A stretch of DNA of 64,000 nucleotides from a virus. The stretch lies in the IMG/VR virus record IMGVR_UViG_3300025769_000069, one strand, 5' to 3'. A model generated the notes under the pieces. That model was not told the origin of the DNA and did not search any database. It saw nothing but the letters and a program-made list of their open reading frames with translations. Position 1 is the first letter of the stretch, and the number at the start of each line of letters is the position of its first letter. The translations under genes and the position numbers were made by a program. This document shows, in pieces, positions 59,624-64,000 of the stretch.

Positions 59624-60946
59624 ATGCCAATCACGTTTAGACAATATAACGGTCCAACTACTACAGGTTATAACTTTGAAATAGACACGCCCCATGCTGG
59701 TCTAAGGACGATAACTGCGACTCAACCTAATCCAGGACTTCCGCAAGCAACTCCACTTGGTTATCCAAGTATAAGTTTTACAGCTGTGTCATCTCCAGCT
59801 GCACCTCAAGGTGCTCCATTTGCAAACTTTAACGTAAGAGATACTAATGTTAAAGTAATTGCCGGCGCATTTTATTCTAGAGGCAACCGAGACATGATTG
59901 GCGAAATGGGATATTTTACTTGGGGCGTGTCACAATCGCCGACTATTCCGACATACGGCGGAAATATTATGCATACCGATTTTACTTCTCAGACAACTAT
60001 AACTGCTGGAAGATGGAGTCCTAGTATGCCTGGAATATATAAGCCAGGAAGAGCGGCATCACCTACTTCAATATATACTCTTGCTGGCGGCGCGCCTAAC
60101 TTGAATACGGCCACTAGTGGTGTATGGAAATTTCCAAAATCAACTACAACAGTAATTACATTATCACCTTCTACAGCAGCATCACCCGTTACATTTGGCA
60201 CACCAGTTGGAAATACATCTTCAGCTAGAGGAGGCGAATATTGGAGTGAATCTGTGAATGGTAAATATTATCAGGCTGGATGGCCAAACCCAACAATTTC
60301 TATGTATTCAGCTCCATACGCTAGTGATACTAATAGTGCAAGTGTAGGAACTATATCAACTCCGCAATGGACAACTTCTTTTGCTGGGGCGTCACAAGTA
60401 GGAAGTGCTAGAGATTATTCTTTCCATAGATGGGGAATGCAACCAGGGAATCCTTATTATCCCACAACTTCCCCTGGTACTGGTAGAGAAGTTTTTTCTA
60501 GATTACCATTTGCAGGTTATCCATATGGATCAGCTTACACCGTTCCAGATTTAGATATGATGCAAGGATATGGAGATACGCATCATCCATATGGAGGCAA
60601 CCATTTAGTAGCTAGCACTGTGGAAAATGGATATGTGTGGGGTGGATGGTATGGACCTAGCTCTGCTCCGCAGCCTTTTAATCGACAAGTGAGAGTCCAC
60701 CCATGGGCTAATTTTGATCTTAACTATATATTATTAGGTGATTCAAATGTGAAAGGAATAAGTGGCGGTAATGGAAATAATGAAGAAGAAGCTTTATATC
60801 ATGCATACGGCGGTAACTCTGGCAGCCCACACCCAGTATCCCAAGGATACGCATTTCCATTCGCTTCCACATTCCCAATAGCAACAACGGTTCCAACGAT
60901 CGACCATTGGCAGCAAAGCGCAGGTTCTGGCCATGCGCACAATTAG
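59624..60946 (+). CDS. Pro-rich putative beta-propeller virion protein
   Basis: PYASDTN..SVGTI, LPFAG, FPFAST repeats; N-terminus MPIT. Confidence 0.6.
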   Translation: MPITFRQYNGPTTTGYNFEIDTPHAGLRTITATQPNPGLPQATPLGYPSISFTAVSSPAAPQGAPFANFNVRDTNVKVIAGAFYSRGNRDMIGEMGYFTWGVSQSPTIPTYGGNIMHTDFTSQTTITAGRWSPSMPGIYKPGRAASPTSIYTLAGGAPNLNTATSGVWKFPKSTTTVITLSPSTAASPVTFGTPVGNTSSARGGEYWSESVNGKYYQAGWPNPTISMYSAPYASDTNSASVGTISTPQWTTSFAGASQVGSARDYSFHRWGMQPGNPYYPTTSPGTGREVFSRLPFAGYPYGSAYTVPDLDMMQGYGDTHHPYGGNHLVASTVENGYVWGGWYGPSSAPQPFNRQVRVHPWANFDLNYILLGDSNVKGISGGNGNNEEEALYHAYGGNSGSPHPVSQGYAFPFASTFPIATTVPTIDHWQQSAGSGHAHN

Positions 60947-60954
60947 TATAAATA
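60947..60954 (+). promoter_or_regulatory. T4-type late promoter
   Basis: TATAAATA before gp13. Confidence 0.75.
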
Positions 60955-60983
60955 GAATAAAAACATATTAAGGTTTTTCATCG

Positions 60984-61736
60984 ATGGCTAATCCAACTAC
61001 TAGACAAGGTTTAATTGATTATTGCATGAGATCATTAGGTGATCCTGTAATAGAAATTAATATTGATATTGATCAGCAAGAAGATCGTGTGGATGAGGCT
61101 TTGCAGTATTATCAAGAATTTCACTCTGACGCTACTTTAAGAACTTATCTTAAACACCAAGTAACATCTAGCGATATTACTAATGGATTTATTACATTAA
61201 ATTCAAACATTACATTTGTTTCTCAATTATTTCCTATTAAAGGCGGTTCAATTACAAAAGATTTTTTTGATATTAAATATCAATTGCATTTAAATGATAT
61301 TGCTAATCTTCAAACTTATATGGGTGATTTGGCATACTATGAACAAATGCAACAATATCTTTCTTTAATTGATATGAAATTAAATGGCTATCCACAGGTT
61401 CAATTTTCTAGAAGAGAAAATAGACTTTATATTCATGGCGATTTTGAAGATGGAGATATAAAAGCTAATGATTACATTGTTGCAGAAGTTTATCAAATTT
61501 TAGATCCCGCTACCAACACTTCAATTTATAACGATCGCTGGCTAAAGGAATATACAACTGCTCTATTTAAAAGACAATGGGGAAGCAATCTTATAAAATT
61601 TGAAGGAATGCAACTTCCTGGAGGAGTTACATTAAATGGCCGTCAAATTTATGAAGATGCTCAACAAGATTTAGATAGATTAAGAGAAGCAATTAGAACT
61701 GAGCATGAAATGCCAGCAGATTTCTTTGTGGGGTAA
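60984..61736 (+). CDS. 13: Neck protein gp13
   Basis: LIDYC.R.LG.PVIEIN, WLKEY..A..K.QWG.NL.KF.G..LPGGVTLNG. Confidence 0.95.
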   Translation: MANPTTRQGLIDYCMRSLGDPVIEINIDIDQQEDRVDEALQYYQEFHSDATLRTYLKHQVTSSDITNGFITLNSNITFVSQLFPIKGGSITKDFFDIKYQLHLNDIANLQTYMGDLAYYEQMQQYLSLIDMKLNGYPQVQFSRRENRLYIHGDFEDGDIKANDYIVAEVYQILDPATNTSIYNDRWLKEYTTALFKRQWGSNLIKFEGMQLPGGVTLNGRQIYEDAQQDLDRLREAIRTEHEMPADFFVG

Positions 61737-61739
61737 GTT

Positions 61740-62639
61740 ATGGCCACAAATAGATATTTTAGTCAAGGTAGCAGAGCTGAACAGCAGCTATATGAAGAGA
61801 TCATAATTGAATCTCTTCAAATCTATGGGCAAGACGTATATTATCTCCCAAGAACAATAGTTAATAAAGATAATATACTAAATGAAGACGCCAATTCAAG
61901 TTTTAATTCTTCATATAAAATTGAAATGTACATTGAAAACTTAGATGGTTTTGATGGCGAAGGAGACTTATTTACAAAATTTGGTGTTGAGATCAGAGAT
62001 CAAGCTACATTTATTATGGCTAAAAAAAGATGGCAACAAACGGTAGCTAAATATGATAATGATATTGAAGGTGTTAGGCCATTAGAAGGTGATCTACTTT
62101 ATATTCCATTCTCTAAAAAATTATTTGAGATAGTCCACGTTGAACATGAGCAACCATTTTATCAGTTAAAAGATCTTCCAACATTTAAACTTCGTTGTGA
62201 GTTGTTTGAATATAGTGGTGAAAGCATTGATACTGGTATTGAGAAAATAAATGATATTGAAAGTAACTATGGATACGAATATCAACTTACATTAGATTCA
62301 GCAAGCTTTGGATTCACTATTGGTGAAACAATAAATCAAACCTTTAGTGATGGCGTTAAAATGTCTGGTGAAGTTTCTCGTTGGTCTGATTCTGATCAAA
62401 TTCTAGGTGTGGTCAGCGCTGGAGCAAATGATGGGCTATATCATACATTTGTATCAGGCCTTCCAGTAAGAGGAACTGTAGATCACGATACAACAGGTCT
62501 TACAAAATATTCTGTGGCTAATGTTAATCTTGTTTCTGAAAATAATCAATTATCAAATACTGAACAAAATACATATTTTGATACATTGACCGATTTCTTA
62601 GACTTTAGTGAATCTAACCCATTTGGAGACCCTAGCTAA
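61740..62639 (+). CDS. 14: Neck protein gp14
   Basis: E..QIYGQDVYYLPR, KFG, RP.EGDL.Y.P, PFYQL, L.CELFEYS, DFSESNPFG. Confidence 0.95.
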   Translation: MATNRYFSQGSRAEQQLYEEIIIESLQIYGQDVYYLPRTIVNKDNILNEDANSSFNSSYKIEMYIENLDGFDGEGDLFTKFGVEIRDQATFIMAKKRWQQTVAKYDNDIEGVRPLEGDLLYIPFSKKLFEIVHVEHEQPFYQLKDLPTFKLRCELFEYSGESIDTGIEKINDIESNYGYEYQLTLDSASFGFTIGETINQTFSDGVKMSGEVSRWSDSDQILGVVSAGANDGLYHTFVSGLPVRGTVDHDTTGLTKYSVANVNLVSENNQLSNTEQNTYFDTLTDFLDFSESNPFGDPS

Positions 62640-62899
62640 TGAGTGATTTATTTGACTTTGGTTTTACAGCAGTCGATGAAGACGAGCTTCAAGCTGTTCA
62701 AAAAACAGTTGCTCTTGCAACTGATGCTGAGCAATTAGCATTAACCACACAAGAAAGATTAGATAAATTATATAATGCTATTGTTCCTCTTTTAAATAAT
62801 TTAAAGAAGAATCCAGAAAAAGAATATATCTTATGGCCAAATAGACTGGCCAAAGTAGAAGAGTTTGAGACACATCTTCAAGAAATTTATAAGGGTTAA
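62639..62899 (+). CDS. Hypothetical protein
   Basis: TAATG coupling; FDFGF...NPEKEYILWPNR. Confidence 0.75.
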   Translation: MSDLFDFGFTAVDEDELQAVQKTVALATDAEQLALTTQERLDKLYNAIVPLLNNLKKNPEKEYILWPNRLAKVEEFETHLQEIYKG

Positions 62900-62902
62900 C
62901 CC

Positions 62903-63691
62903 ATGTTTGGCACATATTTTTATCACGAAAGAATTAGAAAAAGTGTTGCTCTTTTTGGCAGCCTTTTTAATAATTTGTATGTGCTAAGAAAAGATAGTTC
63001 AGGCGCAGTCATAAATCAAATGAAAGTTCCTTTGTCATATGGTCCAAAACAAAAATTCTTAGAAAGAATTAGTCAAGTACCAAGCCTGACAGATAACCAG
63101 AATGTGTCTATTAAACTTCCACGGATGTCTTTTGAAATAATTGGAATTAATTATGATGCAACTAGACAGCTGCAGAAAAATAATAATTTCACTCAAGCAA
63201 GTTCTTCAATAAATTCTAGAAATAGATTTAACGCATTTGTTCCATATACTATTTCATTTCAATTAAGCATTTACGCTAAAAATCAAGATGACGCTCTTCA
63301 AGTTGTAGAACAAATCTTTCCATATTTTTCACCACAATATAGCGTAACAATAAAACCTATTACAGCTTATCCGGATTTAAAAGAAGATGTTCCTATTCTT
63401 TTAACTGGAGTATCTTTTACAGATGATTATGAAGGCTCTCAAGAACAAAGAAGAACAATTATCTATACATTAGACTTTGATATGAAAGCCAATTTTTATG
63501 GACCAATTACATCACAAGCTGTTGTTCGTAAAGTTGACGCTAATATATATCAAATAGACAATGGATTGAATGATTCTGATGTAGCTCTAGAAACTATATC
63601 AATTACACCTAACCCAACATCTGTAATCGGCTTAGCTGATAGCGACTTTGGATTTACTGAAACAATAACTTATTTTGGCGATAGTGCATAA
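62903..63691 (+). CDS. 15: Tail terminator / sheath stabiliser gp15
   Basis: FYHE.IRK....FG.LFN, VPLSYGPKQKFL, LPRMSFE, QI.PYF.P, RRTIIYTL.F. Confidence 0.95.
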   Translation: MFGTYFYHERIRKSVALFGSLFNNLYVLRKDSSGAVINQMKVPLSYGPKQKFLERISQVPSLTDNQNVSIKLPRMSFEIIGINYDATRQLQKNNNFTQASSSINSRNRFNAFVPYTISFQLSIYAKNQDDALQVVEQIFPYFSPQYSVTIKPITAYPDLKEDVPILLTGVSFTDDYEGSQEQRRTIIYTLDFDMKANFYGPITSQAVVRKVDANIYQIDNGLNDSDVALETISITPNPTSVIGLADSDFGFTETITYFGDSA

Positions 63692-64000
63692 TGGATTCTG
63701 ATACTGCTGATAATGATTTTGAATATGCTAGAAGAACTTACCATGATTTGCTTGCTAAAGGTTCAGACGCTTTAGAAGAAATGATGGAAGTTGCTAGGGC
63801 CACAGAACACCCTCGAGCATTTGAAGTATTTTCCAATATGATGAAGCATGTGGCTGATATTAATGGTAATTTACTAGATCTTCATAAAAAGAAAAAAGAC
63901 TTTGATAAAAAGGACGATAAATTATCTTTACCACAAGGGCAAACCACAAATAATGTTTTCATTGGATCTACTACAGATCTGCAACGAATGCTTAAAAACG
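63691..64000 (+). CDS. 16: Terminase small subunit gp16, truncated by window end
   Basis: Manual translation MDSDTADNDFEYARR...EHPRAFEV...TTNNVFIGSTTDLQRML. Confidence 0.9.
   Translation, partial: MDSDTADNDFEYARRTYHDLLAKGSDALEEMMEVARATEHPRAFEVFSNMMKHVADINGNLLDLHKKKKDFDKKDDKLSLPQGQTTNNVFIGSTTDLQRMLKN

Noticed and set aside
1-64000. tRNA or rRNA genes, homing endonucleases, introns, stop-codon reassignment
   Set aside because: Intergenic gaps are very short, core genes are intact under code 11, and no such motifs were seen by eye; a covariance-model scan was not possible

Overview
AT-rich (roughly 35% GC by eye) segment of a T4-like myovirus genome, with the gene order typical of aquatic or marine T4-like phages. 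1-4100 holds small early ORFs behind repeated stem-loop/sigma70 promoters, then gp33 and gp32. 4104-8868 is a minus-strand block: tape-measure-like gene, gp51-like, gp26, tail-tube-like, gp2 and gp4. 8926-29277 is the baseplate cluster: gp48, gp53, hub, a three-part gp5 locus, gp25, gp6, gp7, gp9-like, gp8 and a split VrlC/DUF4815-like protein. 29488-42041 encodes repeat-rich fibres. 42075-60946 is an accessory island with three collagen-like genes, six 2OG-Fe(II) dioxygenase domains, two GT2 glycosyltransferases, a methyltransferase domain, RmlB and three Pro-rich proteins. 60984-64000 encodes gp13, gp14, gp15 and a truncated gp16. Most notable: (1) a candidate phage-encoded collagen fibre system, with three length-matched chains (about 125 Gly-X-Y triplets each, possibly a heterotrimer) next to hydroxylation, glycosylation and methylation enzymes; (2) an apparent excess of D-S-(A/D/S/G) motifs in outer virion proteins, possibly a modification sequon; (3) an unannotated start-less ORF reachable from gp26 by a -1 frameshift on a T8 run just upstream of the tape measure gene; (4) a split gp5 locus with intact and apparently dead peptidoglycan hydrolase domains. 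All family assignments come from motif recall and synteny, not database searches, and all counts are manual.
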